DNA of 64,000 nucleotides, taken from assembly GCF_009914755.1 (NCBI RefSeq), contig NC_060931.1. One strand, given 5' to 3'. Positions 1 through 16,000 of this stretch are shown here, one piece after another. How positions within the stretch are numbered: position 1 is the first letter of the stretch; every line of letters begins with the position of its first letter. The translations under genes and the position numbers were made by a program. The stretch is from the human T2T-CHM13v2.0 reference genome, Homo sapiens. The notes beneath the pieces are model-generated. The model searched no databases. It saw only the letters and a program-made list of their open reading frames with translations, and was not told where the DNA came from.

Positions 1-489
1 GCCCACTATATAATAAAGAGAATGAGTAGTATGTATCAATAAAGAAACAGAAAAGGAATTGGTGCCCCCAGCCCTGACCCCTAGTGGAGTCAACAAACTG
101 CATGGCAAATTATTACTATTTCTCCACCCCTGCATGGTCAATCTCACATTGAATAAATTTTCTCTAATATATATTACAAAACATCAGGCATATCAACCTG
201 GTTTCTTAAATAAAATTGGCACCATAGCCTATAGAATGTAGCCTGATATTCAAGGTCAGCTCCACACACCCCCATACATAGTCCCAATCTTTTCCTACCA
301 TATCTCTCAGCACTTGCTTATAAAAACTCTCCACTCCAGCCAGCCTAGTATACTCCCCATTCCCCTGCATATTCTCATTTCTCTTATATCAGGCCATCTG
401 GAAAGTAAATGGAATGTCATCCCCAATAAAACAATTTGAACAACAAAGTAAAATACTATTGGCTTATAACCAAAAAAAAAAAAAAATCT

Positions 490-800
490 GAGTCCATACT
501 GATATAAATAAATGATTAAATAAACAAATAAAAGAACAGACTAATCTCCCAATTAGAATAATTCCCAATAATTTATGTAAATACTCCATCCTCAAAGAAG
601 TAAACATAATTACCCATTCTTTAAGTGTGAGCTGCACACAGTGACTTACTTTGAAAGAGTACAGTATTAAAAAGGGGGAAAAGACAGTAACTTCACAGTA
701 GAGAAACCTAATGAACACTACCTCAACTGGATGATGACTATCATCTACAGTGATTAGTCATTTTGATATTATGTACTCGATATAATATGATAAAAATAGT
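490..800 (+). mobile_element. Old L1 (L1MC-type) 3' UTR fragment
   Basis: Resembles L1MC 3' end motifs (gtgtgagctgcacacagtgactt...agtagagaaacct); degenerate, ends approximate. Confidence 0.5.
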
Positions 801-826
801 ACTTAACCTGTGTTAAGTCAATAATA

Positions 827-1175
827 CTATTGACCCTCTGACAATATGTCAGAAGGAGGATCATCTGCTTTGGGCGATCCTGATTCATCAAGCCATGATG
901 ATGCTGATGGCTGGATGTCAAGGAGCAAAGGACATCAATGACTAACAGGCGAGTAGCTTCTACAGCGTGGATACACTGGACAAAGGGATGATTCACATCC
1001 TGGGCAAGATGGAGCTGGAAGGAATGAGATTTCACCCTGCTACTCAGATCAGCGTGAGATTTAAAACTTAACAAATTGTTTATTTCTGGTATTTTCTATT
1101 CAATATCTTAGAACTGTGATTGACTGTGGGTAACGGAAACTGCAGAAAGCAAAAGTGTGACTAAGGCGACTACTG
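827..1175 (-). mobile_element. Tigger7/MER44-family DNA transposon fragment
   Basis: Ends in TIR-like ...gcgactactg followed by TA (1176-1177); body is similar to the complete copy at 7396-7920 (ggatacactggacaaaggg, gtaacggaaactgcagaaag). Confidence 0.75.
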
Positions 1176-3664
1176 TATTTGAAATAGAGGAAACTGGTTA
1201 TATGAGTGATTAAAAGGATAAAACGCAAATTGAGGCAGCCTGCGATAAGCAAAAGCAGAAAGCCAGTGCAATGCCACCCCCTAATCTGGAAGGCCAAGAG
1301 AAGAGGCAGTGTTACTGGAGCCTGGAGAGTGGCATCACTTCATAGAAGCCAGAACCACAGGCAGAGTCTAGAGGAGCCACAGACTTCTTAAGAGTTGTTG
1401 CCTAAGGCAGAGAGGGATTGAGAGAAATACAAGGGCTTCTTCCTTCCTCTTGACTTTTAGCCTACCACTTCCATTCAAAAACCAAGAGTATCTACTGTCC
1501 TGTAACACAGGCCAAGCAGAGAAAAGGTGGGGAATGAATCTATTCAGTCAGGTCTACACAATAAGCTACCACTTTAGGACTATTTCTAGCTTGATGTACA
1601 GTTAGGTCTGGGCAGAGCCAGCAGATTGATTAGTTCTTTTTATTTGGAATTTTCAAAATGTTTTTTATAAGCACTTTCTGTGGTGAACATGAATGCTCAT
1701 TCCCATCTTATAAATGGAAGGTTGAAATAGGGAGAGCTGTTTGTATGAAATCTCAAAGGTCAGTGACAGAGCTGGGGAAAGGATGAGTATTTGTTTAAGT
1801 TGCAGCATTATTTTCTGTTGTTTCATTTTTTTTCTCCATTTTAATTATGCACAGGGTCACTGAAAGAGTTGAAACTAAAACTGGAAGCATAGTACCTTGT
1901 CCAATTAAACTACCAAACTTAGCTTTGGAATAGAGTGGTTTGATTGTTTCCTATAAGGCCAAGATTTGCTCTGAACAAAGCTATAGGTCCACACATTCTA
2001 ACAAAGAAAACAAATAAAAAATACAAACAGAGTAGTTAACATTTTATAGTTTCTGCTAATGTTATGTTACTTTGGAGGCAGGCAGCCCAGACTCAAATGA
2101 AAACATACCAGAGTAGGAAAGTAGAAAAAAGAAACAAACATTTAACAATTTTAAGAATATGCCTTATCTTTTTGAGAGTCTTATGCCATCTTAAAGGGTA
2201 TTTATATTACCAAAAGGCCCCTAGAAATTGAGTAGACCCAAGGAAACACCACAGCCTCTCACTCTATGTCTTGTGTTCTGGGTCAATTAGATTCTGCTTG
2301 TTTCTGTGATACTCTGAGAATCCAGAGTATCTTTAATTTGGGTTGAAACAGCAGATATCAGACTACTATTCTTATCTGCAGCCACCCTGCTTTCTGATCT
2401 CCTTGAGACCCAGGGCAGCGAGACCCAGAGCAGCAAACACAGGGGAATGTGATTGTCTTCAAGGACATTGGGACATTGTAAATTCATGGTAGAGCTTTGA
2501 AAAGCTATTAAATTCCTAGGGTGCTAAACCAGGAGGTAGGGAGTAACAGTGGTGGTAACAAGAATAACTCTTAGGAAGATAGGGAGCATGTTTTACGCTT
2601 CCAAAATGCTCTTCTTGAGGCAATATGTATCTATGTCTGAAAGAATTTTAAATGAAATTAACAATGATTATAGCTTGTTATAGTCAAGGTTGTAGGACGC
2701 AAGATTAATATGCAAAAGCCAACTGCTTTCCTGTATACTAGCAATTAACAAATGGAATTTGAAATTAAGAAATTAAAAACACAATACCATTTATATTAGC
2801 GTTCAAAAAATGGAATACTTAAATATAAATCTAATGAAATATATATTATACAAGACCTATATGAAGAAAACTATAAAACTCTGATGAAGTAAATCAGAGA
2901 AGAAGTGAATGGAGAAATATTTTATGTTCATGGATAGCAAAACTCTACATTGTGAGGATGTCAGTTTTTCCAAACTTGATCTATAGATTCAAAGCAATCT
3001 CAGTCAAAATCCTGGCAAGTTATTTTGTGGATATTGACAAACTAATTCTAAAGTTTAACGGGAGAGGGAAAAGACCCAGAATAACAAAAATAATATTGAA
3101 GGAAAAGAACAAAGTTGAATGACTGACACTGCTTGACTTCAAAGACTTACTATAAAGCTACAGTAATCAAGACAGTGTGGTATTGGTGAATGAAGAAACA
3201 ATAGAGTAGAAAATCCAGAAAGAGACCTACATAAATACAGTCAAAAGATCTTTCACAAAGAAGCAAGTGCAATACACTGGAGAAAAGATAGTCTTTTCAA
3301 GAAGTAGTGCTGGAACAACTGAACATCCATATCCAAAAAAATGAATATAGATACAGAACTTACATCCTTCATTAAAATTAACTCAAAATGGATTGCAGAC
3401 CTAACTGTAAAATGCAAAACTATAAAACTCTTAGAAGATAATGTAGGAGAAAATCTAGATAACCTTGGGCTTGGCAATGGCTTTTAAGATATGACACCAA
3501 AGGCACAATCCATGAAAGAATGAATTGATAAGCTGGACTTTATAAAAATTAAAATTTTCTGCTCTATGAAAGACACATCAAGGGAATGAGAAAATATTTG
3601 CAAAAGGCATATCTGATAAGGGATTATTATCCAAAATGTATAAATAACTCTTAAGATTTAACAA

Positions 3665-3944
3665 GGCCAGCCATGGTGGCTCACACCTGTAATGCCAGCA
3701 CTTTGGGAGGCTGAGGTGGGAGAACCGCTTGCGACCAGGAGTTTGAGTCCAGCCTGGGAAACATAGTGAGACCCAATCTCTACAAAAAATTTTAAAATTA
3801 TCTGGGCATGATGGTGCATGCCTGTAGTACTGGCTACTTGAGAGGCTGAGGCAGAGGAGATTGCTTGAGCCCAGGAGTCCAAGGGTTCAGTGAACATCAC
3901 CCTGAGTGACAGAGCGAGACGGTCTCAAAAAAAAAAAAAAAAAA
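3665..3944 (+). mobile_element. AluJ with right-arm deletion
   Basis: Alu dimer with J-type gcttgagcccagg, A-tail, degenerate TSD aagatt(t/c)aaca. Confidence 0.9.
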
Positions 3945-3988
3945 GATTCAACAGTAAGAAAACAAACAAGCCAATTTAAAAATGGGCC

Positions 3989-4359
<371 letters not shown>

Positions 4360-4582
4360 TTAAAGAGATGCTGCACATCGCAGATCATCAGGGAAATGTA
4401 AATTAAAGCAACAATGAGATACCACTATGCACCTATTAGAATTGCCAAAAATCCATTCTAATGACAACAAATACTGACAAGGATGTGGAGCAATAGGAAT
4501 TCTCATTCATTGCTGATGAGAATGCAAAATGATATAGCCACTTTGTGATACAGTTTGGCAGCTTCTTATAAAACCAAACATA

Positions 4583-4956
<374 letters not shown>

Positions 4957-5834
4957 TTAAAAACTTATGGTACACACACAACACAAATCTGCACATGAAT
5001 GTTTATAGCAGCTTTATTCATAATTGCCAAAACCTGGAAGCAACCACAACATCCTTCAGTAGGTGAATGGATAAATAAACGAAGGTATATCCAGACAATG
5101 GAATATTATTCAGTACTAAAAAGAAATAAACTACCAGGGGATAAAAAGACATGGAAGAAGCTTAAATTCATATTACTGAGAGAAGCCAATCTAAAAAGGC
5201 TAACTACTGTATGATTCCAACTATATGATAGTCTGGAAAAAGCAAAACAATAGAGACAGATAAAACATTAATGGTTGTCAGGAGTTAGGGGAGAGGGAGG
5301 AATGAAGAGCACTGAAGATTTTTAGGGCAGTGAGAATACTCTATGGTACTATAATGGTGGATACATGTCATTATACATTTACCCAAACCTATGGAATGCC
5401 CAACACGAAGAGAGAACCCTAATGTAAACTACAGACTTTGAGTGATAATAATGTGTCAATGTAGGTTCATCAGTTGGAACAAATGTATCACTCTGGTCAG
5501 GAAGGTTGATAATGGGGGAAGCTATGGATGGATGGAGGCAGCGGCTATATGGTTTTATGGGAAATCTCTGTATCTTCCTCTCAATTTTGCTTTGAACCTA
5601 ATACTGCTCTTTAAAAAAAAAAGTATTTTTAAAATAAAATTAACAGTAGTATTGCAACCCCAAACCATAAGGCTGATCTGGTATAACTACAGCTGTTACT
5701 CCAAATTTAGTCTTCTCAAAATACTGTATTCTGAACATAAAATTAGCAGAGAAAAATGATGATGATACTTAACAAGGAGATATGAACAAGGTTTATGCCT
5801 TTCGACATATTTTTCAGTTTAACTTCAGAACCAA

Positions 5835-6245
5835 TAAACAATGCAAATTCTATAGGACTTCAGCTACATAGATTGAAGTACCAATCCTGCTGGATGCAAG
5901 CATTCTTTCAAATTAAATTAGAGTGAAGCATACAGGTTTTCCATCTTGTTATGTAGAGATGTGGATTAATTTTATTTCACCTAGCCAAATGTAATTTTTT
6001 TATCAATGTCATTATTTCTGTTTTTATACAATTAATCCAACTGCAAATCAATCACTTTAACAAGCAGTTTATTTCCTGAATTAAACTTAAACCCAAAGTG
6101 AAACTGCCTTTGAACTTAAAAGCCTTATTAATAGAAGTCCTCTGAAATGATATAAAATCACCAACACTTCATAATCTATTTTTTCCCCTGAGGAACTTCC
6201 TAAAATGAATAACAGCCACATCTGCATTTGCAAACAGGAAACTCT
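5835..6245. promoter_or_regulatory. Candidate haematopoietic/lymphoid enhancer (motif cluster)
   Basis: ATGCAAAT 5841-5848, AAAGTGAAACT 6095-6105, GAGGAACTTCCT 6190-6201, tandem E-boxes 6219-6230 and AAACAGGAAA 6232-6241 in non-repetitive DNA; motif evidence only. Confidence 0.3.
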
Positions 6246-6884
6246 GCAAGCCATACTAAGACCAAAGCTTAGTTATTAGGTCACTTGCTTAAAAATATTT
6301 TAGGACATGCATTATTTCACTATTACAATATTGGCTAAAAGAGCTTTAATATGCAAGACAGGATGTAAGAGGCTTAGCTGATCCAAATGCCAGTCTATGG
6401 ATTTGAAAGACGAAAGATCACATCACTAGAAGGTTGACAGAAGTGACACTTTGCAAAGTGCCAATGATTTATGCCAATGTCTTGCTTGATGATACTGTTA
6501 TAGACAGCACTGTCATTAGGAAGTCCCTGCTGACTTCCTTCTACATTTATGGTGCACAAATTATAGGTGAGCCCAAAGATCGAACCCTCCCTGCCTTTTA
6601 GATTTCAATTACCATGTTATTTCACTTAGGTTCATTATTGCATGTGCCCTCTTTCTTTCTACCTGCTTCTTACCTTGTCTATAACACAGCAATGAGAAGT
6701 TAAGGAATAAAATTTATCCTGCCAAAAAATTAAAAGTTATAAACACATTCCCTGGAAACTCCCACAATCAAAAACTGGAAGGGATGTTTCCAAGTCTCAA
6801 AAGTCTTTCACAATATGCTCTTATTAGGAAAAAATAAAATAAAAAGTAAAAAATAAAAAAATAAAAAAAAAACACTAAGTGCAG

Positions 6885-7180
<296 letters not shown>

Positions 7181-7395
7181 AAGTGCAGTTTTTAAAGAGC
7201 ATATTTGAAAACAAAGCTCTGGAGTAAACTGTCGGGATTACTATGGATTGACTTTCCATCACTATGTGGTGACCTGAGCATTTACAAAACAACTCCTAAG
7301 ACAGCAAAGAGAAGATGAAGCACTTAGTTTTAAATTTTTCTGCTAAACTCCTGCCTTATATATAAATATTTGTTGTGGTCGAGTTTTTAAAAATA

Positions 7396-7920
7396 AAGTA
7401 GTTCCCTTATCCAAAGGGGATATTTTCCAAGACCCCCAGTGGATGCCTGAAACTGCAGATAGTACCGAACCCTTTATGTATACTATATTTTTTCCTATAC
7501 ATACTTACGTACATACATACCTATGACAAAGTTTAATTTATAAATTAGTCACAGTAAGAGATTAACAATAACTAATAATAAAAATAGACCCATTATAACA
7601 ATATACCAGCACTACCACTCTTGCACTTTAGGGCCATTATTAAGTAAAATAAGGGTTAGCTGAACACAAGTACTACAATACACGACAGCCTATCTGACAG
7701 CCCAGATGGCTACTAAGTGACTAACAGGCAGGTAGTGGATACAGTATGGATATGCTGGACAAAGGGCAGAAAGGCATCAGAGTTCGTCACACTACTCAGA
7801 ACGGTACACAATTTAAAACATGAATTGTTTGGGATTTCTCTAGTTAATATTTTCTGACCATGGTTGACCTTGGGTAACTGAAACCACAGAAAGTGAAACT
7901 GTAGATAAGGGGGACTACTA
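7396..7920 (-). mobile_element. MER44B-like (Tigger7-derived) non-autonomous DNA transposon, complete
   Basis: Both TIRs (agtagttcccttatcc ... gataagggggactact) flanked by TA at 7394-7395 and 7921-7922. Confidence 0.85.
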
Positions 7921-8814
7921 TATTCTGAAGGGAATTTTAAAATTTTATTATTCCAATATTGTATTTATAGAAACCAATAATTTTATCTTGTACTTGGAAA
8001 AAAATTTCAGCTTTTGTGAACTATCTTCAACTTACTGAAGTGGAGATGAAATGAACTAGCTGTTATTTCTTTTTAACAAAAATTACAATAGCCTTTAACT
8101 TTTTTCCTGAAAGAAATCTCAGACAAGCCCAGAAACATTTATGGGTGCTTAATTTGTTTGAAATAACTACTTTTAGTTTCTTCATATCTTTACTTAATAG
8201 CAAAATAAATGACTTTGAAAGTCCAGTGTGAAAAGAGATTGGCCCAAAAGATTTAATTGCAACTCTATTACTATTTAGATTTTATAATGTTGGTTGTGTT
8301 CTTTCCTTAGTGTGTTATTAAATATAGAATGATACCAATTAAAGTTCATACAATAAAATAAAAACGTACAGGCCAAATTATTCTAAATGAAAACCATCCA
8401 AGATGAAATTTGTTTTGAAAACTAAAATGTATAAAACAACAGCTACTTTAATTTTTTTGAATCAAAAAGATTAAATGGAAAGGCCAAGCTAAGATAACCA
8501 CATGACAGCATTAAACCAAAAGTTACTGTTTAGAAAACTAAGCAACCACATCGACAATTAAAATACACAGTACCTTCTATTTACTGGAGGCAACAGAAGC
8601 TAACAGAAAGGAACCAAAGGAAATAAAGCTTCAGTCAAACAGACTGGGATTTAAGGAAAGCTCCATTCCCAGTGGATAATAGCCCAGTGGAAAACTAAGA
8701 CACCTACCCAAGCTGACTGATTGGCTGTACATATCAGGGGTAGACTAGTATGCTGTAAGGATGGTGGGAGTGGGGGCAAATGTTAAATGGTTGCCCCAAA
8801 ATAAGTGTTATTAA

Positions 8815-9128
<314 letters not shown>

Positions 9129-9765
9129 AAAATATTTAAGTTTTAATTACACAAATAGTATATTAATATATCCTCCTTATTTTAAAAAAGTTAAACATAA
9201 TAAAGTTAAAGTTCACTTCAACCCTTTGGATGCTCCAGACCTTTTAAAAACCATTTACTTATTAAAAACTACATAAATGTCAACCAACACAGAAGAACAG
9301 CTAAATAGACTATGGTATATACATACCAAAAAGTAGTATGAAACTTTAGAATGACATAGATTTTTTTATGCGCTAATATGGAAAGATCTCTTCAAAAAAA
9401 ATTACAGAATGACATATACCTTATAATATCATTTACATAAAATATATCAGTTATATAAAACAATATTAATACCCATCCTTGGGAATTCTCTTGTAGATCC
9501 CAGCACCTATGTTTGACCCCATCATTGGTACATAATCATGGACACTTTTGACATGTTTTCTAGTATCTTGTACTATTAGTTAATTTTTCTTTTGAGTGTA
9601 CTTTACAGAACCCTCAATAGCATTAAGTATGCACAGAATAAGCACTCAGTCAATATAATTTAGACAAATACTTTTATACCTACTAAGATTGATGGTAAAG
9701 GATGACAGCTATAATTCTTGCAAGTTTACTTCAACAGGTTTAGAGTAATGTGAGGTTCAGTATGA

Positions 9766-10010
<245 letters not shown>

Positions 10011-10051
10011 TATTCACCTTCTTTTAATAAGAGAAAAGCAATGACATTTTC

Positions 10052-13000
10052 TTTTTAAAAAAATTTTAAAAACTTTTAAGTTCAGGGGTACCTGTGCAGG
10101 TTTGTTACATAGGAAAACATGTGTCATGGGGGTTTGTTGTTTAGATTATTTTATCACCCAGATATTAAGCCTATTACCCTAAGTTATTTTTCCTGATCCT
10201 CTCCTTCCTCTCACTCTCCACCCTCAAGTAGGCCCCAGTGTGTGTTGTACCCCTCTATGTGTCCATGTGTTCTCATCCTTTAGCGCCAACTTATAAGTGA
10301 GAACATACGGTATTTGGTTTTCTGTTCCTGCTTTAGTTTGCTAAGGATAATGGCCTCCAACTCCATCAATGTCCCTGCAGAGGACATGATCTTGTTCTTT
10401 TTAATGGCTTCATAGTATTTTATGGTGTATATGTACCACATTTTCTTTATTCAGTCTACCATTGATGAGCATTTAGGTTGATTCCATGTCTTTGCTATTG
10501 TGAATAGTGCTGCAATGAACATACACATGCATTTGCCTTTATAATAGAACAATTTATATTCCTTTGAGTATTTACCCAGTAATGGGATTCCTGGGTCAAA
10601 TGGTATTTCTGTCTTTAGGTCTTTGAGGAATTGCCACGCTGTCTTCCACAATGGTTGAACTAATTTACAGTCCCAACAACAGTATATAAGCATTCCTTTT
10701 TCTCAACAACCTCACCAGCATCTGTTATTTTTTACTTTTTAATAATAGTCATTATGACTCGTGTGAGGTACTATCTCACTGTAGTTTTGATTTGCCTTTC
10801 TCTAATGATCATTGATGCTGAGCTTTTTTTCTTATGACTGTTGGCTGCATGTGTGTCTTCTTTTGAGAAGTGTCTGTTTATGTCCTTTGTTCACTTTTTA
10901 ATGGGGCTGTTTGGTTTTTTTTCTTGTAAATTTAAGTTCCTTATAGATGCTGGATATTAGACCTTTGTCAGATGCATAGTTTGCAAAAATTTTCTCCCAT
11001 TCTGCAGGTTGTCTGTTTACTCTGTTGATAGTTTCTTTTGCTGTGCAGAAACTCTTTAATTAGATTGTATTTGTCCATTTTTGCTTTTGTTGCAATTGCT
11101 TTGATGTCTCCATCAAGAAATATTTGCCCATGCCTATGTCCTGAATGATATTGCCCGGGTTGTCCTCCAGAGTTTTTATAGTTTTGGGTTTTACATTTAA
11201 GTCTTCAATCCATCTTCAGTTAATTTTTGTATAAAAGAAGGGGTCTAGTTTCAATCTTCCGCATATGACTTAGCCAGTTATCCCAGCACCGTTTTCTGAA
11301 TAGAGAATCTTTTCTTTATAGCTTGTTTTTGTCAGGTTTGTCAAAGATCAGATAGTTGTTGGTGTGTGGTCTTATTTCTGGGTTCTCTATTCTGTTCCAC
11401 TGGTCTGTGTGTCTGTTCTTGTACCAGTACCATAATGTTTTGGTTACTGTAGCCTTGTATAGTTTGAAGTTGGGTAGCATGATGCCTCCAGCTTTGTTCT
11501 TTTTATTTAGGATTGCCTTGGCTATTCTGGCTCTTTTTGGTTTCATATGAATTTTAAAATAGTTTTTTTATAGTTCTGTGAAGAATGTCAGTGATAGTTT
11601 AATGGGAATAGCACTGAATCTATAAATTGCTTTGGGCAGTATGGTCATTTTAATAATATTGATTCTTCCTATGTATGAGCATGAAATTTTTTTTATTTGT
11701 GTCATCTCTGATTTCTTTGAGCAGTGGTTTGTAGTTCTCCTTGTAGAGATCTTTCACCTCCCTAGTTAGCTGTATTTTCAGGTATTTTATTCTTTTCGTG
11801 GCAATTGTGAATGGGAGTTTGTTTGTGATTTGGCTGTCAGTTTGCCTGTTGTTGGTGTATAGGAATGCTAGCGATTTTTGCACATTGATTTTGCATCCTG
11901 AGACTTTGCTGAAATCGCTTATCAGCTTAAGAAGCTTTTGGGCTGAGACAATGGGGTTTTCTAGATATAGGATCATTTCATCTGCTAATAGGGATAGTCT
12001 GACTTCCTCTTTTCCTATTTGTATGCCCTTTATTTCTCTCTCTTACCTGATTGCTCTGGCCAGAAGTTCCAATACTATGTTGAATAGCAGTGGTGAGAAA
12101 GGGCATCCTTGTCTTGTGCCAGTTTTCAAGAGGAATGTTTCCAATGTTTGCCCATTCAGTATGATGTTGGCTGTGGGCTTGTCATATATGGCTCTTATTA
12201 TTTTGAGGTATGTTTCTTCAACACCTAGTTTATTGAGAGTTTTTAACATGAATGAATGTTGAATTCGATTGAAACCCTTTTCTCCATCTATTGAGATAAT
12301 CGTGGTTTTTGTCTTTAGTTCTGTTTAGGTGATGAATCACATTTATTGATTTGCATATGTTGAGCCAAACTTGCATCCTGGGGATGAAGCCTATTTGATT
12401 GTGGTGGATAAGCTTTTTGATATGCTGCTAGATTCAGTTTGCCAGTATTTTGTTGAGGAATTTTGCATTGAGGTTCATCAAGGATATTAGCCTGAAGTTT
12501 TCTTTTTTTGTTATATCTCTGCCAGGTTTTGGTATCAGGATGATGCTGGCCTCATAGAATGAGTTAGGGAGGGGTACCTCCTTTTCAATTTTTTGGAATA
12601 GTTTCAGTAGTAATGGTACTAGCTCTTCTTTGTACATCTGGTAGAATTCAGCTATGAATCCATCTAGTCCTGGGCTTTTTTTGGCTGGTAGGACATTTAT
12701 TACTGCCTCAATTTTAGAACTTGTTATTGGTCTGTTCAGGGATTCAGTTTCTTCCTGGCTCAGTCTTGGAAGGGTGTATGTGTCCAGGAATTTATCCGTT
12801 TCTTCTAGATTTTCTAGTTTATGTGCATAGGGGTGTTTCTAATATTCTCTGATGGTTGTTTGTATTTCTGTGGGGTCAGTGGTAATATCCACTTTATCAT
12901 TTCTGATTGTGTTTATTTGAATCTTCTCTCTTTTCTTCTTTATTAGTCTAGCTAGTGGTCTATTTTACAATTTTTTCAGAAAATCAGCTCCTGGATTCAT

Positions 13001-16000
13001 TGGTCTCTTGAATGTTTTTTTTTTTTTTGTATCTCTATCTCCTTCAGTTTATCTCTATTTTTGGTTATTTTTTCTCTCCTGCTAGCTTTGGGATTTGTTT
13101 GCTCTGAGTTCTCTCACTCTTTTATTTGTGATGTTAGGTTGTTATTATAATTAGAGATCTTTCTAATTTCTAATTTGGGTATTTAGTGCAATAAATTTCC
13201 CTCTTAACACTGCCTTATCTGTGTCCCAGAGATTGTGATACATTGTATCTCTGTTCTCACTAGTTTCAAAGAACTTCTTGATTGCTGCCTTAATTTCATT
13301 ATTTACCCAAAAGTCATTCAGGAGCAGGTTATTCAATTTCCATGTAATTGTATGCTTTTGAGTAAATTTCTTAGTCTTGAGTTCTAATTTGATTGCACTG
13401 TGGTCCGAGAGACTGTTTGTTATGATTTCAGTTCTTCTGCATTTGCTGAGAGTGTTTTACTTCTGATTATGTGATTGATTTTAGAGTAAGTGCCATGTGG
13501 CAATGAGAAGAATGTATATTCTGTTGTTTTAGGGTGGAGATATTTGTAGATATATATCAGGTCCATTTGTTCTAGGGCTGAGCTCAGGTCCTGAATATCT
13601 TTGTTAATTTTCTGTCTTGATAATCTGTCTAATATCATCAGTGGGGTGTTAAGGTCTCCCACTATTATTGTGTGGGAGTCTAAGTCTCTTTGAAGGTCTC
13701 TAAGAACTTTCTTCAAGAATCTGGGTGCTCCTGTGTTGAATGCATATATATTTAGGATAGTTAGTTCTTGTTGAATTGAATCCTTTACCACTATATAATG
13801 CCTTTCTTTGTCTTCTTCGATCTTTGTTGGTTTAGAGTCTCTTTGTCAGAAGTTAGGATTGCAATGTCTGCTTTTTTCTGTTTTCCATTTGCTTGGTAGA
13901 TTTTTATCCATCCCTTTATTTTGAGCTTATGTGTGTCACTGCATGTGAGATGGGTCTCTTGAAGACAGCATACCAAAGGGTCTTGGTTCTTTATCCAGCT
14001 TGCCACTCTGTGTCCTTAATTGGGACACTGAGCCCATTTACATTTAAAGTTAGTGTTGATATGTTTGGATTTGATCCTGTCATCATGATGTTAGCTGGTT
14101 GTTTTGCAGAATTTTTATGTGGTTGCTTTATAGCATCACCGGTCTGTGTGTTTTGTAGTAGCTAGTAACAATCTTTCCTTTCCATATTTAGTGCTTCCTT
14201 CAGTAGCTCTTGTAAGGCAGGTCTGGTGGTAATGAATTCCCTCAGCATTTGCTTGTCTAAAAAGGATCTTATTTCTCCTTTGCTTATGAAGGTTAGTTTA
14301 GCCACATATGAAATTCTGGGTTGGAATTTCTTTTCTTTAAGAATATAGAATATTGGGCCCCAATCTCTTCTGGTTTGTTGAGTTTCTGCTGAGAGGTCTG
14401 CTGTTTGGCTTTCCGCTGAAAGTCTGATGGGCTTCCCTTTGTAGGTGACCTGGCCTTTCTCTCTAGTTGCCCTTGATACTTTTTCTTTCATTTTGACCTT
14501 GGAGAAGATGATTATGTGTCTCAAGGATGATATTCTCATGGAGTATCTTACTTGGGTTCTCTGCATTTTCTGAATTTGAATGTTGGCCCATCTAGCAAGG
14601 TTAGGGAAGTTCTCATGGATGATATCCTAGAATATATTTTCCAAATTGATTCTATTTTCCCCATATCTTCCAGGCACACCAATCAGTAGTAGATTTGGTC
14701 TCTTTATATAATCCCATATTTCTCAGAGGTTTTGTTCATTCCTCTTCATTCTTTTTTATCTATTCTTGTCGGCCTGTCTTATTTCAGAAAGACACTCTTC
14801 AAGCTCTGAGATTCTTTCCTACGCTTGATCTATTTTGCTATTATAACTTGTGATTGCATTATGAAGTTCTTGTACTGTATTTTTCAGCTCTATCAGTTTG
14901 GTTGTGTTCTTCTCTATACTAGCTATTTTGTCTGTCAGCTCCTGCAATGTTTTACCATGGCCTTTAGCTTCCTTGCATTGGGTTACAACATGCTCCTTTA
15001 GCTCAAGGAAATTTACTTTTATCCACATTCTGAATTCCACTTCTGCCATTTCAGCCATCTCAGCCTCAGTCCAGTTCCAGACTCTTGCTGGAGATGTGAT
15101 GTTGTCATCTGGAGGAAAGACAGCACTCTGGCTTTTTGAGTTTTCAGTATTCTTGCACTGATTTTTTTTCTCATCTTTGTGGACTTATCTACCTTCAATC
15201 TTTGAGGCTGCTGACCTTTGGATTAGGTGTTTGTTTTTTCTTTTACCAGTCTAGCCCCTTTTCTGTAGGAATGCTGCAGTTTTCTGGGGGTCTGCTCCAG
15301 GCCCTGCTTGCCTCAGATTTTCTAGTACCTGGAAGTATCACCAGTGAAGGCTGCAAAACAGCAAAGATGGCAGCCTGCCCCTTCTCCTGGAAGCTCCCTC
15401 CCAGGGAGGTATGGACTTGTTGCTGGCCCAAACGCACCTGTAGTGGGTGACTAGAGACCCCAGTTGGGAGGTCTCACCCAGTCAGGAGAAATGGGATTAG
15501 AGACCTGCTTTTAGAAGCAGTCTGGCCACATTGTTGTAGAGCAGCTGTGCCATGCTAGGGTATCACTTCCACCTGGTCAGCTTGGGCTCTCCAAAGCCCA
15601 CAGGCTGGAACAGCTGAATTGCACAAATTCCCCAAAGAGCAACAATGGTGGCCCATTTCATCCCAGGTAGGTGTGACACTGTTTCTGGTGGTTGGCTGGA
15701 ATTCCAAGCCATTGTGTCTTATCCTGTGAGATGCCACAGAAATGGGGCCCACAGACCATTGCTGCTCAGCCCTCTGGATTCAGCCCCCCTTCCTAGGAGT
15801 GTGGATAAAGGTCTAACCTCCTGCCTTGCCAGGAAGCCTGGAGCCAGAGTATGTAAAGCTCCTGGGCTTCCATGCATGCCTGAGCAGCTGCTCTGTCAAG
15901 ACTCCATGCAGCCCTGTGTATCAGACTGAAGGCCCTGGTGGAGTGTGGTCACGAGGGAGTCTCCTGACCCAAGGGTTGCAAGGGTCCATGGGAGAAACAT

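Noticed and set aside
1180-1545. Possible ancient LTR relic
   Set aside because: Purine-rich and LTR-like, but I could not define ends or family with confidence
2287-2487. 66-aa ATG ORF in non-repeat DNA
   Set aside because: No recognisable domain or convincing splice context; length expected by chance
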